Shown: one piece after another, positions 13,135-25,820 of the stretch
Numbering within the stretch: the stretch's first letter is position 1
How the letters are laid out: every line of letters starts with the position of its first letter
Origin: Squalus acanthias
Taxonomy: Eukaryota
NCBI GenBank assembly: GCA_030390025.1
Contig: CM059432.1
Location: 110,610,001 to 110,674,000, forward strand
Length of the DNA stretch: 64,000 nt
Direction of reading: 5' to 3'
Program-made: the position numbers and the translations under genes
The notes under the pieces: model-generated
Databases searched by the model: none
Seen by the model: the letters and a program-made list of their open reading frames with translations, nothing else
What the model was told of the DNA's origin: nothing

Positions 13135-13885
13135 CTCCTTAACTAATGAGGTTTAAGGATTGAGAAATAAACAGTGGAATGACTGGGAAGGAGGGTGAAT
13201 TAAAATAAAAGAAAGAAAAATAAGGAGGGAAAGAAAAATTGGATTAAGAGAGAGAAAAAAGAGACAGAAAGGAAAAGTAAGAAAAAAATGTAACATTTTT
13301 TAAATTCTCCCCCAAAAATTCAGAAGCTGAAGGAATGAGACTCCACACTTGTAATAGTTATTTTTTGGTGCCTGAGAGGTTAATTGGCAGTTATTAACAT
13401 TTAACACATTGTTAAAAGGGTACTTATGCTACTAATTACTAACCCAAAATATCTGCGGCGGGTTGAATTCTTATCTACCTGCGCACATACAGCAACTTCA
13501 CACCATTCAATGCATATCAATGGTCATGATGTGGAGATGCCGGCGTTGGACTGGGGTGGACAAAAATGAGAAGTCGCACAACACCAGGTTATAGTCCAAC
13601 AGATTTATTTAATTTTACTTAGTTACTAAGTAAAATTAAATAAATCTGTTGGACTATAACCTGGTGTTGTGCGACTTCTCATTTTTATCAATGGTCAGGC
13701 AGACAGCGAGATGTCGTTTTTGTGATGCTTACGGTGGAGTGGCACAACCTCGGACAGCAAATTTTGGATATTCGCATTTAACAGCGTATCTATCTGCTCC
13801 TCGCCTGAAGTCGCTGTACCATTTACGCATAAATAACAGCGAGCGCCATTAGCCGCACCGTTATTTTGACAGAAAAATCTGGCCC
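13135..13885. mobile_element. Right part of a putative Harbinger-type non-autonomous element abutting the satellite
   Basis: Ends in AAAAATCTGGCCC (13873-13885), similar to the TIRs of other Harbinger MITEs in the window. No partner left TIR is visible and the left boundary is a guess. Confidence 0.35.
13527..13685. mobile_element. Penelope-like element terminal fragment forming a perfect fold-back
   Basis: The arm CTGTTGGACTATAACCTGGTGTTGTGCGAC matches the 3' end of the Penelope at 35408-35438. 62-bp perfect inverted repeat. 12-bp TSD TATCAATGGTCA at 13515-13526 and 13686-13697. Confidence 0.85.
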
Positions 13886-14540
13886 AATATTAGCATACAA
13901 TGAGGTGACTCAGCCCTTCTTGTCTGTGCTGAACTCAGACTCCTTTCGGGGCCAGATTTTACACAGTCCCGGTTTCCCACTTTCTGCCCAAATCAATCCC
14001 ATTTTCAGCACTGAAGAAAAAACACAGGATATGATATTTTAGTAGCCCTAACAACCATTACACGTTAGGAGTAACAATCATCCAGTCTTTAAAAGTGAAC
14101 AAGCTCTGTATATTTAAATGTATGTGTGTCTGTTGCACTGTTGCTGATCATAAATATCGTGTTTTTAATGTGCAGTCCTGCTTATACTGAATGAAACTAC
14201 CTTTCAAATGAGCCTGACGTGCACTTTTGCAATCAAGGACAAGAAGGCACTCCAGATTCTATCAATGTCGAGACAGAGAGCATGATGCCCTCTGCTGGTT
14301 TGCGAGTGCCGTTTCCTTTTCCACACAGCACTTAAAGAATAAAATTGACAAACAAATTTATCTGCTGCGTTGACTTTTACCCAATCCTCAGGCCACATTT
14401 TCTCCAGTCCATTGCCGGTTCAGGTCTCCTCCATCCACACTACCTCTCCTGGGGGGGAGGGCTCTGCACGTTTGTGGTGAGAAGTAATCTTTCCGGTGAT
14501 GCCGTGTGAGTGTATGATTGAAGGCATACTCACGGTGCAG

Positions 14541-14778
14541 CAGGAATATGGGAACAGGAGGAGGCCATTCAGCCCCTCGAGCCTGTTCCGCCATTCAATG
14601 AGATCATGGCTGATCTGTACCTCAAATTGATTTACCTGCCTTTGATCCATACACCACAATACCCTTAGTTAATAAAAATCTGTCGCTCTCAGTCTCGAAA
14701 ATTTCAATTGACCCAGTAACCGCAGCCTTTTTGAGAGGGAATTCCAAATTTCCACTACCCTTTCTGTGAAAAAGTGCT
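14541..14778 (-). mobile_element. CR1 LINE 3'-terminal fragment
   Basis: GGCCATTCAGCCCCTCGAGCCTGTTCCGCCATTCAATGAGATCATGGCTGATC matches the 3' UTR of other CR1 copies here. Confidence 0.8.
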
Positions 14779-16291
14779 GTCACACTAAGGCTACAAAGAG
14801 TTGTTCCCCCCCCACCCCCACTATTTTGTTCCCCTCCTCTCCCTCTAACAAAACCAAACCCAAGAGCTAGCAACATTTATATCAAGAAGGAGTACATTTT
14901 AAAAATAGCTCGGTTTAAACAGAAAGGGATCCTGATTGATAATAGAGGTTTCCAAACTTTACTACATGGCAGAACATATGCAAATATTGACCCGCTCCTG
15001 AGATTTCCCTGTCTAAAGTCTGTGATCTATCCAAAGGATAACGGGACTGTCATTGCACAGAACAATTCTTGTGAAACAATACACATTGCAACATTTCGGT
15101 CCAGATATTGTGGAAAACAGGGCAAAATCAAGCGATGAGGACGACCACCGCCTCCCCGTCCCGAGTTCTATTTCTTTCCTCCCGTCTCCTGTGTGTAGAT
15201 GCCTGGAAAATTGTGCCAGAAAAGATTCAGAAGGATTGTTCTACAGTTCTCTGCTACATGGAGATGCGACACTCAATTCAAATGACCATTTCTGTGATTT
15301 AGTGAAAGGTAGCAGGAGCCAGAAGGGAGCAGCAGCTCACTGAGCACAGGGCAATGTGTTGGCAGAACCTGCTCTGGGACACATGTAGCATGCAGTCACT
15401 ATGCAATGCGCTGTCATTACTCTGCATCAAATTAGCTGATATGATAACCCCCATGGAGAAATGTTGCAGTTGATGAGTGAAAAAGGGAAGAGAAGAAAGC
15501 TCTATCCTTCGTAGCTGGCAGTATTCAAACATGTGTTTTATTATATACTGCAACACGGATATCTTTAGCAATTGAACAATATTGTACAGTAAACTGGCCA
15601 ATACACAGAATAATAATATCTTGTTATCTCATTACTTTAAATGAAGGACTTCTGCATGAGTAATCCTTATCTGCAGCTATTTTCCATCCAATCACTGTCA
15701 CTCTTATCCAACAAATACTAGACCAGCCACAAAGATCAAATGGTGGTCTTTACTGTATTTAATGGGGCACTGTCATCAGTTGAGTGCAATACTTCTGACC
15801 GAGTGATTATTTGCAAGGTCTTCTGCGCCCTTCTCTACATGTGCACTGTATGGGTGTGTGGTGTGTATTCACAAAACTAACTACAGTTCCACTTTCTGTA
15901 GGCTGCCTGACAAGACTGGATCAAATCACACATTGCAGGGTTGTCTACAGCAGGCAGGATCAAATTACACATTCCAGACAAACTGTTGGGTGTGTCTTGT
16001 CCTCCAAGGGAACCAATCAGAAATCTGGTCCAACGCACTGGTGTTGCAAATAAATGCAGCCTACTTCTGATGCAGTGATACAACTGAAGCAATGACGGTT
16101 CTTTGCCTTTAAGGTTTGCTAAAATATATTTATAAATGTGGAAATCATAGTGCTAAAGTTCATCTTGCAACACCTTTTGGGTCTGCTGGAGTATCAATCT
16201 GTACAATAATAATGAATTAAAAAATGTAGGAGCATTTCTCAAGGCTGCAACACATTGCGAAGTTCAGACATTCTTGAATTATGAGATCGAC

Positions 16292-16319
16292 CACACACAC
16301 ACACACACACACACACACA
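16292..16319. repeat. (CA)14 microsatellite
   Basis: Read directly from the sequence. Confidence 0.95.
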
Positions 16320-16595
16320 AATACACAGTCATAATTTAGCATTACTGAAAACTCAACATTTCTAAATTAATCCTTGAGGACCTAGATCATATAGTTTGCC
16401 AACAAAATGGACTGCTGGGTCAGACAATGGAGGGGAAAGATCGTGAATCACTTAAGAAACAATGGCTTGCTGTAATGGTGGAATGTAGCTTCTCTTTGGA
16501 TGGATAAACTAAGATGGGCCTTCCCTATCTATCAATCTTGGGAACAGCATTGTTCCCAGTAAAATTCAAATCTTGCTAACACACTACTTCAACAA

Positions 16596-17985
16596 TAGCC
16601 TAACGTCAGTAGTAGGTAAAATGCTAGTGTCTATTATAAAGGATGTGATAACAGGACACTTAGAAAATATCAACGGGATTAGACAAAGTCAACATGGATT
16701 TATGAAAGGGAAATCGTGTTTGACAAACCTACTAGAGTTTTTTGAGGATGTAACTGGTAGAATAGATAAGGGAGAACCAGTGGATGTGGTGTATTTGGAT
16801 TTTCAGAAGGCCTTTGATAAAGTCCCACATAAGAGGTTAATGTGCAAAATTAAAGCACATGGGATTGGGGGTAATATACTGGCATGGATTGAAAATTGGT
16901 TAACAGACAGGAAACAGAGAGTAGGAATAAATGGGTCTTTTTCGGGGTGGCAGCCGGTGACTAGTGGGGTACCGCAAGGATCAGTGCTTGGGCCCCAGAT
17001 ATTCACAATATATATCAATGATTTGGAACCAAATGTAATATTTCCAAGTTTGCTGACGACACGAAACTAGGTGGGATTGTGAGTTGTGAGGAGGATGCAA
17101 AGAGGCTTCAATGCGATTTAGACAAGTTGAGTGAGTGGGCAAATACATGGCAGATGCAGTATAACGTGGATAAATATGAAGTTATCCACTTCGGTAGGAA
17201 AAACAGAAAGGCAGAGTATTATTTAAATGGTGATAGATTGGGAAATGTTGATGTACAAAGGGACCTGGGTGTCCTTGTACACCAGTCACTGAAAGCAAAC
17301 ATGCAGGTGCAGCAAGCAGTTACGAAGGCAAATGGTATGTTGGCCTTCATTGCAAGAGGATTTGAGTACAGGAGCAAGGATGTCTTACTACAGTTATACA
17401 AGGCCATGGTGAGACCACACCTGGAGTACTGTGTGCAGTTTTGGTCTCCTTACCTAAGAAAGGATATACTTGCCATAGAGGGAGTGCAGCGAAGGTTCAC
17501 CAGACTGATTCCTGGGATGGCAGGACTGTCGTATGAGGAGAGATTGGGTTGACTAGGCCTGTATTCACTAGGGTTTAGAAGAATGAGAGGGGATCTCATT
17601 GAAACGTATAAAATTCTGACAGGGCTAGACAGACTGGATGCAGGGAGGAGGTTTCCCCTGGCTGGGGGTCTAGAACGAGGGGTCACAGTCTCAGGATACG
17701 GGGTAGGACATTTAGGACTGAGATGAGGAGAAATTTCTTCATTCAGAGGGTGGTGAACCTGTGGAATTCTCTACCACAGAAGCCTTTGGAGGCCAAGTCA
17801 TTGAATATATTTAAGAAGGAGATAGATAGATTTCTAGACACAAAAGGCATCAAGGGGTATGGGGAGAGAGCGGGAATATGGTATTGAGATAGAGGATCAG
17901 CCATGATCATATTGAATGGCGGAGCAGGCTCGAAGGGCTGAATGGCCTACCCCTGTTCCTATTTTTCTATGTTTCTATGTTTCTA
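16596..17985 (+). mobile_element. 5'-truncated CR1 LINE (RT domain plus 3' UTR), frameshifted
   Basis: ORFs 16573-17070 and 17079-17552 carry [25 protein letters not shown] and VRPHLEYC. Tail (TTCTATGT)n. Candidate TSD CAACAA at 16590-16595 and 17986-17991. Confidence 0.95.
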
Positions 17986-18116
17986 CAACAAGAAAAAATA
18001 TGTCTGGGAAAGGTAAGAAAATTAACAAAAGAAAAATGCTATAATCCTGATGCTGAGCTCAGGGACACAGGTCTAAGCGCGTTGTGCGTTACCCCTCTAG
18101 AATCGGAGAAATATGA

Positions 18117-19075
18117 TCCAGTGCACCTAGTGCTGGGCTTCCAGTGCACCCAGTGCTGAGCTTCCAGTGCACCTAGTGCTGAGCTTCCAGTGCACCCAGT
18201 GCTGAGCTTCCAGTGCACCCAGTGCTGGGCTTCCAGTGCACCCAGTGCTGAGCTTCCAGTGCACCCAGTGCTGAGCTTCCAGTGAACCCAGTGCTGGGCT
18301 TCCAGTGCACCCAGTGCTGAGCTTCCAGTGCGCCCAGTGCTGAGCTTCCAGTGCGCCCAGTGCTGAGCTTCCAGTGCACCCAGTGCTGAGCTTCCAGTGC
18401 ACCCAGTGCTGAGCTTCCAGTGCACCCAGTGCTGAGCTTCCAGTGCACCTAGTGCTGAGCTTCCAGTGCACCCAGTGCTGAGCTTCCAGTGCGCCCAGTG
18501 CTGAGCTTCCAGTGCGCCCAGTGCTGAGCTTCCAGTGCACCCAGTGCTGAGCTTCCAGTGCACCCAGTGCTGAGCTTCCAGTGAACCCAGTGCTGGGCTT
18601 CCAGTGCGCCCAGTGCTGAGCTTCCAGTGCGCCCAGTGCTGAGCTTCCAGTGCGCCCAGTGCTGAGCTTCCAGTGCGCCCAGTGCTGAGCTTCCAGTGCA
18701 CCCAGTGCTGAGCTTCCAGTGCACCCAGTGCTGAGCTTCCAGTGCACCCAGTGCTGAGCTTCCAGTGCACCCAGTGCTGAGCTTCCAGTGCACCCAGTGC
18801 TGAGCTTCCAGTGCACCCAGTGCTGAGCTTCCAGTGCACCCAGTGCTGAGCTTCCAGTGAACCCAGTGCTGGGCTTCCAGTGCACCCAGTGCTGAGCTTC
18901 CAGTGCACCCAGTGCTGAGCTTCCAGTGCGCCCAGTGCTGAGCTTCCAGTGCACCCAGTGCTGAGCTTCCAGTGCACCCAGTGCTGAGCTTCCAGTGCGC
19001 CCAGTGCTGAGCTTCCAGTGCGCCCAGTGCTGAGCTTCCAGTGCACCCAGTGCTGAGCTTCCAGTGCACCTAGTG
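18117..19075. repeat. 23-bp minisatellite CCAGTGCACCCAGTGCTGAGCTT, ~41 copies
   Basis: Highly homogeneous tandem array with a few recurrent single-base variants. Confidence 0.97.
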
Positions 19076-19226
19076 ATGTTTGCAGCATTCTTGAGGCCAC
19101 ACCGAGTGTTGCCAACTCTGGCAGAACATATTCCTGGAGGTTTGATCATGTGACGCCCAGGCACGTGACATTCAATTGCTGCAGTTATTGCAAATGTTAT
19201 TGCACCCACCTTATATAGGTTGGGTC

Positions 19227-19391
19227 CAATGTTCCCTCTAATTTTCTGTTGGGGTGCGCGGTCCCTTTAACGGGCTACGCGGCCCATTCAAATTTTCACA
19301 CAAGCGCGGTTTCTTGCATTGAAAAGCCAGTGAGCGGCCTGCGCGGGACCTTCAGACCGCCGCACGTCCACATAGCTTTGCGGGAATGTTT
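19227..19391. mobile_element. hAT-type MITE
   Basis: Imperfect TIRs CAATGTTCCC / GGGAATGTTT. 8-bp TSD GTTGGGTC at 19219-19226 and 19392-19399. Confidence 0.7.
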
Positions 19392-20919
19392 GTTGGGTCC
19401 CCTGTAGGTGACAGCCTTTGCTCGCAATTTCTTCCTTCTTAAAAATGTACTTAAGTTGGTTTCTTGCTGAGTTTAGGAACACTGGAGAATTTTTTGACAT
19501 ATTTCTGAAAGTCAGCGCAAGCTCACCCATCCAATTCCCTCCCGGAGTTAAAATCAATGCTATAGTAATTCCCCCACCATACTGAGCCAACCGTCATACC
19601 CTGCACGAAGGGATACGGGAGTGATCGAAAATCAGAAGGCAAGGATTATAAAATGAGAATGGTACAATGATGAATTAAGCAACCCTGCCAATGTTATGAT
19701 TGTGTTGTTGCTGTCTTTGAATGAATGCTTTCTATATGGTCAATATAAAGGAAAGACATGCATCACATTCAATCAATTAAACCAATGGCAGTAATTTTAC
19801 CAGTTCAAAGCTTTCCATTTTAAAAAAGTACTTTTCTCATTGCATGACTAAATACTCAACATAACAATGCGATTTGCACCAAAATGCGCAAGAAATTGTC
19901 ATTGTTCCTGTTCACATTCATCAGGTTAAATGTTTCAAAGGGTCTTCTCCGTTTCCAACAACATGGGCAGTTCCCTGGTTATTTTTCATCACGTTTAGCA
20001 CATATTTCAGCCGACATAGCACCACAATCGGCAATCTTAATTAAATAAGATTGTGACAGGAGGAAAGCAATGAGTAAAATATGCCAGACTGCAGATTTAA
20101 AGAGGATCGCCCACCTGGGAAAGTTTGTTTCAAGATGCTCTGCAAGGTTTGAAAACAAAAGTTTACGACTAATGTGATGCTGTCATTGATCATGTCCACA
20201 CCAACACATTTATATATTATGGCACAAACCTTATCTGTCGAACAACACAGAATAGTTGGACAAGCATTCTCAGACGAAGGTCCTTCTGTTGCTCGAGCAA
20301 CACAAGCTGTCTGAGAATTATTGAGGAAGGTGACACCACCCCCTTAAACATTATCAGGCCTGAAATTATTATTACTGAACGTGTTAAGCATACTACGAAA
20401 CTCTGAGAGGTGATTGTATAGCTAATCAGTCAACCAGGAGTGCACAGAATTTACTGCTGATGGCCTCATAAATATTGAAGAACTCATGTGGCAAGATTAA
20501 AGAAAACCATCACACATACTGCACTGGTAACCTCATCGCAGACGTCAACCACAGAACCAAGGCCACCGCGATGACTGATGTGAACTGCAGCTCTACCTCC
20601 TTTGAAAGGCTGGAAGATTTAAAGCCAAAGATAGAGATGTCTGTGTGTTTTAATATTACTGAATGATGTATGTTGATGTTTATGTCTCTCTGCTGCATAG
20701 TACACAGGCTTCTTCAGATTTAACTCTTGCCCTCTCTAGACTGCTTCTTTGTCACAAAAGCAGCAATTCAGAAGAGGATACACATCAGGAATACACATTG
20801 TGGGAAACTAAACCAATGAATGGCACAGCCCCACACAACTCCTGAGCACAGAAGGCTTGAGTGAGATGCCCTGACACACCTAGCCTACCATCTGTATTTT
20901 GTACGTGGCACACTTTCTA

Positions 20920-21060
20920 AGAAAGAAAGACCTTTCATTTATACAGTGTCTTTCACATCCTCATGACATCCCAAACCATTGTACATCCAAACAATCACTT
21001 TGAAGTGTAATCACTGTTACTTTGTAGTCAAATGCAGCAGCCAAGTTACACACAGCAAGG
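20920..21060 (-). mobile_element. Old SINE/L2-type 3' tail fragment (DeuSINE/SacSINE1-like)
   Basis: CATTTATACAGTGTCTTTCAC...CATCCCAAA...TTTGAAGTGTAATCACTGT is reverse-homologous to 62225-62375. The family name is from recognition only. Confidence 0.5.
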
Positions 21061-21567
21061 TCGTCAGCCGCGGGCACCTCAGAAATCAGAGCAAGGATCA
21101 GAGCAGCCTCCCTCTACTGCTGCTGATGTCGCAGGGGTAGCACCACGTAGAATGGTAGAGAGAGAAAGAGAAAAGTGTTATAGTTCGCCAAGGGTGTTCT
21201 TGGGTGTTCTTAAAAATTTGTTAACATATTTAATTTATTAAGTCACGTTAAATTTATTAATTTTCACTACTTTCCTGTGTTCCCTATTCTTGAGTGGCAA
21301 GTACCATTTCTGCTTTTCAATTGTTTGGAGCAGAATGTGAAGACAGGGAATTGGCTGAGGCCAATTGGTGGATGTGGAACGAGTGGATGGTTGGTTACAG
21401 AACTGCTTGTGGAAGGAAGGGGTGGGGGAAGGGGGAGCGGCAGATGTTATAGTTACTCTGGTCCAGTGTGAGTGACTAACTGAATCTTCGAGCTATTAGT
21501 GCATCCCTGGTATCTCAAGCAGCAATGTGATTGGCTGGTCTTGCGTTGGGCGCCCTGTCTTCTTGTT

Positions 21568-24500
21568 CATAGAAAACATAGAAACATAGAAAAATAGGAG
21601 CAGAAGTAGGCCATTCGGCCCTTTGAGCCTGCTCCGCCATTCAATACGATCATGGCTGATCCTCTATCTCAATACCATATTCCCGCTCTCTCCCCATACC
21701 CCTTGATGCCTTTTGTGTCTAGAAATCTATCTATCTCCTTCTTAAATATATTCAGTGACTTGGCCTCCACAGCCTTCTGTGGTAGAGAATTCCACAGGTT
21801 CACCACCCTCTGAGTGAAGAAATTTCTCCTCATCTCAGTCCTAAATGTCCTACCCCATATCCTGAGACTGTGACCCCTCGTTCCCCAGCCAGGGGAAACA
21901 TCCTCCTTGCTTCCAGTCTATCTTGCCCTGTCAGAATTTTATACGTTTCAATGAGATCCCCTCTCATTCAACGAGATCCCCTCTCATTCATCTAAACTCT
22001 AGTGAATACAGGCCTAGTCGACCCAAACTCTCCTCATACGACAGTACTGCCATCCCAGGAATCAGTCTGGTGAACCTTCGCTGCACTCCCTCTATGGCAA
22101 GTATATCCTTTCTTAGGTATCGAGACCAAAACTGCACACAATACTCCAGGTGTGGTCTTACCAAGGCCCTGTATAACTGTAGTAAGACATCCTTGCTCCT
22201 GTACTCAAATCCTCTTGCAATGAAGACCAACATACCATTTGCCTTCCTAACTGCTTGCTGCACCTGCAAGTTTGCTTTCAGTGACTGGTGTACAAGGACA
22301 CCCAGGTCCCTTTGTACATCAACATTTCCCAATCTATCACTATTTAAATAATACTCTGCCTTTCTGTTTTTCCTACCGAAGTGGATAACGTCACATTTAT
22401 CCACGTTATACTGCATCTGCCATGCATTTGCCCACTCACTCAACTTGTCTAAATCGCCTTGAAGCCTCTTTGCATCCTCCTCACAACTCACAATCGCACC
22501 TAGTTTTGTGTCGTCAGCAAACTTGGAAATATTACATTTGGTTCCAAATCATTGATATATATTGTGAATATCTGGGGCCCAAGCACTGATCCCTGCGCTA
22601 CCCCACTAGTCACCACCTGCCACCCCAAAAAAGACCCATTTATTCCTACTCTCTGTTTCCTGTCTGTTAACCAATTTTCAATCCATGCCAGTATATTACC
22701 CCCAATCCCATGTGCTTTAATTTTGCACACTAACCTCTTATGTGGGACTTTATCAAAGGCCTTCTGAAAATCCAAATACACCACATCCACTGGTTCTCCC
22801 TTATCTATTCTACCAGTTACATCCTCAAAAAACTCCAGTAGGTTTGTTAAACATGGTTTCCCTTTCATAAATCCATGTTCACTTTGTCTAATCCCATTAA
22901 TATTTTCTAAGTGTCCTGTTATCACATCCTTTATAATAGACACTAGCATTTTTCCTACTACTGATGTTAGGCTAACCGGTCTGTAGTTCCCTGTTTTCTC
23001 TCTCCCTCCTTTTCTAAATAGTGCGGTTACATTTGCCACCCTCCAATCTGCAGGAACTGTTCCATAATATATAGAATTTTGCAAAATGACAACCAATGCA
23101 TCTACTATTTCCATGGCTACCTCTTTTAGTACTCTGGGATGCAGATTATCAGGCCCTGGGGATTTATCGGCTTTCAGTCCCATTAATTTCTCTAGCACTA
23201 TTTTTTTACTAATACTAATTTCCTTTAATTCCTCCTTCTCACTAGGCCCTTGGTTCCCAAGCATTTCTGGGAAGTTATTTGTGTCCTCTTCCGTGAAGAC
23301 AGAACCAAAGTATTTGTTTAATTGCTCTGCCATTTCCTTATTCCCCATTATAATTTCTCCTGTCTCAGCCTGTAAGGGACCTAGGGGGAAAAATTAGGTC
23401 GTGCCCCATTTGGGGCGCAAATATCGTCTGGACGCAAATATTAGCGCCTGGCGCTAATTATCGGCACTGACTGGAAACTTCACTTTTACCGCCCCGGGAG
23501 GTGAGTGGAGCGCTAAATCAGGCGCTGCACACCTGTCTTAAGGCGCAAAGGCCAAGGAGTGAGGCGCTAACTCAGAGCGCTGGCGAAGCTCATGTAATGT
23601 CAGTCAGCAATGGAACACACACACAATGGCACGGGCCAGTTCTTAAAGGGGATGGTTAATCTTGCTTTCCATCCACATCCTGTTCATTGCAGCCTTGAAT
23701 CTCGGCCTGGAGAGACTTGCACATCAAATGTGCTGGAAAGAACAATGGAGAGTACCAGGCAAAGAGCTCAGAGTGCAGCTCCCACAGTCTCTGCTAAATC
23801 GATACAAGGAATGGCAAATCAAAATGAACCTGCAAAGTGCTGCTCAGTACCCAAAACTCCTTCACACAACGTTGAATCTCTCCAGAAGTCTCTCCCTCTC
23901 TCTCTCAGAATGCGTAGTTCAAAAATGCCACCAACAATAAAAGACAGGAAGAGGCCCCCTTTAAATAGCGCCCCCCCCAGCCCCACAGCGATTGATAGCG
24001 TTCCAGTCTTCTGGTCGTTGGATGCGCCAGGCGGTAAGGCAGGGGGCACCACTCAATTTCCGCTCCGGGGCGCCACAAGGGCGTTGCACCATGGAATGAC
24101 GTCACAATCTGCGCGCGCAGGTGGTCGCAGCGGTAAAGTTTAGCGCCGCCGCACAATCTCTAGTTAAGTTCCCGAGCGGCGCAAACATCGCTGTGCCCGG
24201 GCGTTAGCGGCTTTGCGCCCCATTAGCGCCCTCTTAAGGCGCTAACGGGAGGCGCAACCAACTGAATTTTTACCCCCTACATTTGTCTTCACTAATCTTT
24301 TTCGTTTTACATACTTGTAGAAGCTTTTACAGTCCGCTTTTATGTTCCTTGCAAGTTTACTCTCATACTGTATTTTTCCCCTCTTAATCAATCACTTGGT
24401 CCTTTTTTGCTGAATTCTAATCTACTTCCAATCCTCAGGCTTGCAACTTTTTCTGGCAACTTTATATGACTCCTCTTTGGATTTAATACTATCCTTAATT

Positions 24501-24840
24501 TCTTTTGTTAGCAATGTTTGGGCCACTTTTCCTTTTGTGTTTTTGCACCAAAACGGAATGTATAACTGATGGAATTCATGCATTCGTTCCTTAAATGTTA
24601 GCCATTGCCTATCCATTTTCATGCCTTTAATGAAGCTCCCCAATCTATCACAGCCAACTCACTCCTCATACCTTCATAGTTTCCTTTGTTTAGATTTAGG
24701 ACCCTAGTTTCGGATTGGACTACTTCACTTTCCATCTTAATGAAGAATTCTATCATGTTATGGTCACTCTTCCCTAAAGGATCCCGCACAGCAAGATTAT
24801 TAATTAACCCCTTCTCATTGCACAATACCCAATCTAGGAT
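21568..24840 (-). mobile_element. CR1 LINE (APE C-terminus, RT, 3' UTR), interrupted by a MITE at 23384-24276
   Basis: ORFs with [34 protein letters not shown] and [11 protein letters not shown]. Tail (CATAGAAA)n at 21568. Confidence 0.95.
23384..24276. mobile_element. Harbinger-type non-autonomous element (MITE)
   Basis: TIRs GGGGGAAAAATT / AATTTTTACCCC and 3-bp TSD CTA. The CR1 rejoins as AAGGGAC-CTA-CATTTG. Ends are nearly identical to those of 47469-48216. Confidence 0.88.
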
Positions 24841-25820
24841 GAAGAGTGCTGAGCGGCTTGTTCCTCCTGCACCTCTAGTCCTCACTGCTGCGCTATGTTG
24901 TGCGAACACAGCACACCCTGATTATCCTCGAGACACTCGCTGTTGAATACTGATGGGCACCTCCAGACCTGTCCAGGCACCTGAAGTGCAACTTCTGCAT
25001 GCTGATGGCTTACTCAATGACACATCTGGTTGTCATATGGCTCAAGTTAATGCTCCTGGTGTTCATCGGTGGGGTTCCTCAGAGGTGTCATCAGCCAGGT
25101 TTGAAGAGGGTATCTTGTCGTCTAGCAGTCACTCTTTAAGGCTGGTTCCAGGTCTGAACATGTTGGGGATGCTGGACTACCACAATATGAAAGCATCATG
25201 GCAAGTTCCAGGAAACCTGGCGCAGACCTGCATGAACCTTTTTTTGTGGTTGCACACCAGCTGCACATTGATGGAATGAAATCCCTTGCAGTTGCTGAAT
25301 ACCCCTGGTTGATCAGGGCGTGCCCGGATTGCCACATGTGTGCAGTCGAATGCACCCTGTACCTGTGGGAAGCTAGTCAGAGACGTGAATCACAGTGTCA
25401 GTTCATCCATCCTTACCTGCCTTATGCATTTATGTGCAGCCAACGGGGAGACTCTCGTCTCCGATGGTGCCCTGGAAGGATTCAGAGGCAAGGAAATTGA
25501 GGGCAGTGGTGACTTTCACAGCCATTGGTAATGCATGGCCACCAGGTCCAGTAGGCAGTAGGTCTTCTTCAAGGAGGCTGCAGATGTCTGCAACAACCTC
25601 ATGTGACAATCTCAGTCTGTGGAAGCACTGCTCCTCCAACAGGTGAAGGAAGCTGAGCCTCTGTCTACGGACTCTGTTAGGTGGGTAGGGCCTTCTGCGA
25701 CATCTATCCCTTTGTTACTCCCTTCTCTGCTGGCAACCTGCAGCTCCCTCCGTTGCAGGCACTTGCTGCTGATGATGCTGATTGTCTTCCTCAACCGAAG
25801 TCCAATCAAAAGCTGCCATG
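24841..25820 (-). pseudogene. Harbinger (HARBI1-like) DDE transposase remnant
   Basis: ORF 25430-25639 RLRLSHEVVADICSLLEEDLLPTGPGGHALPMAVKVTTALNFLASESFQ is homologous to 50615-51094. Several frameshifts. Confidence 0.85.

Noticed and set aside
15170..15315. Possible exon (pyrimidine tract-AG at 15198, GTAGCA at ~15309)
   Set aside because: Weak donor, unrecognisable peptide and no partner exons.
18039..19209. 358/360-aa repetitive ORFs
   Set aside because: Translation of the 23-bp array, open in all three minus frames with the same cyclic peptide.
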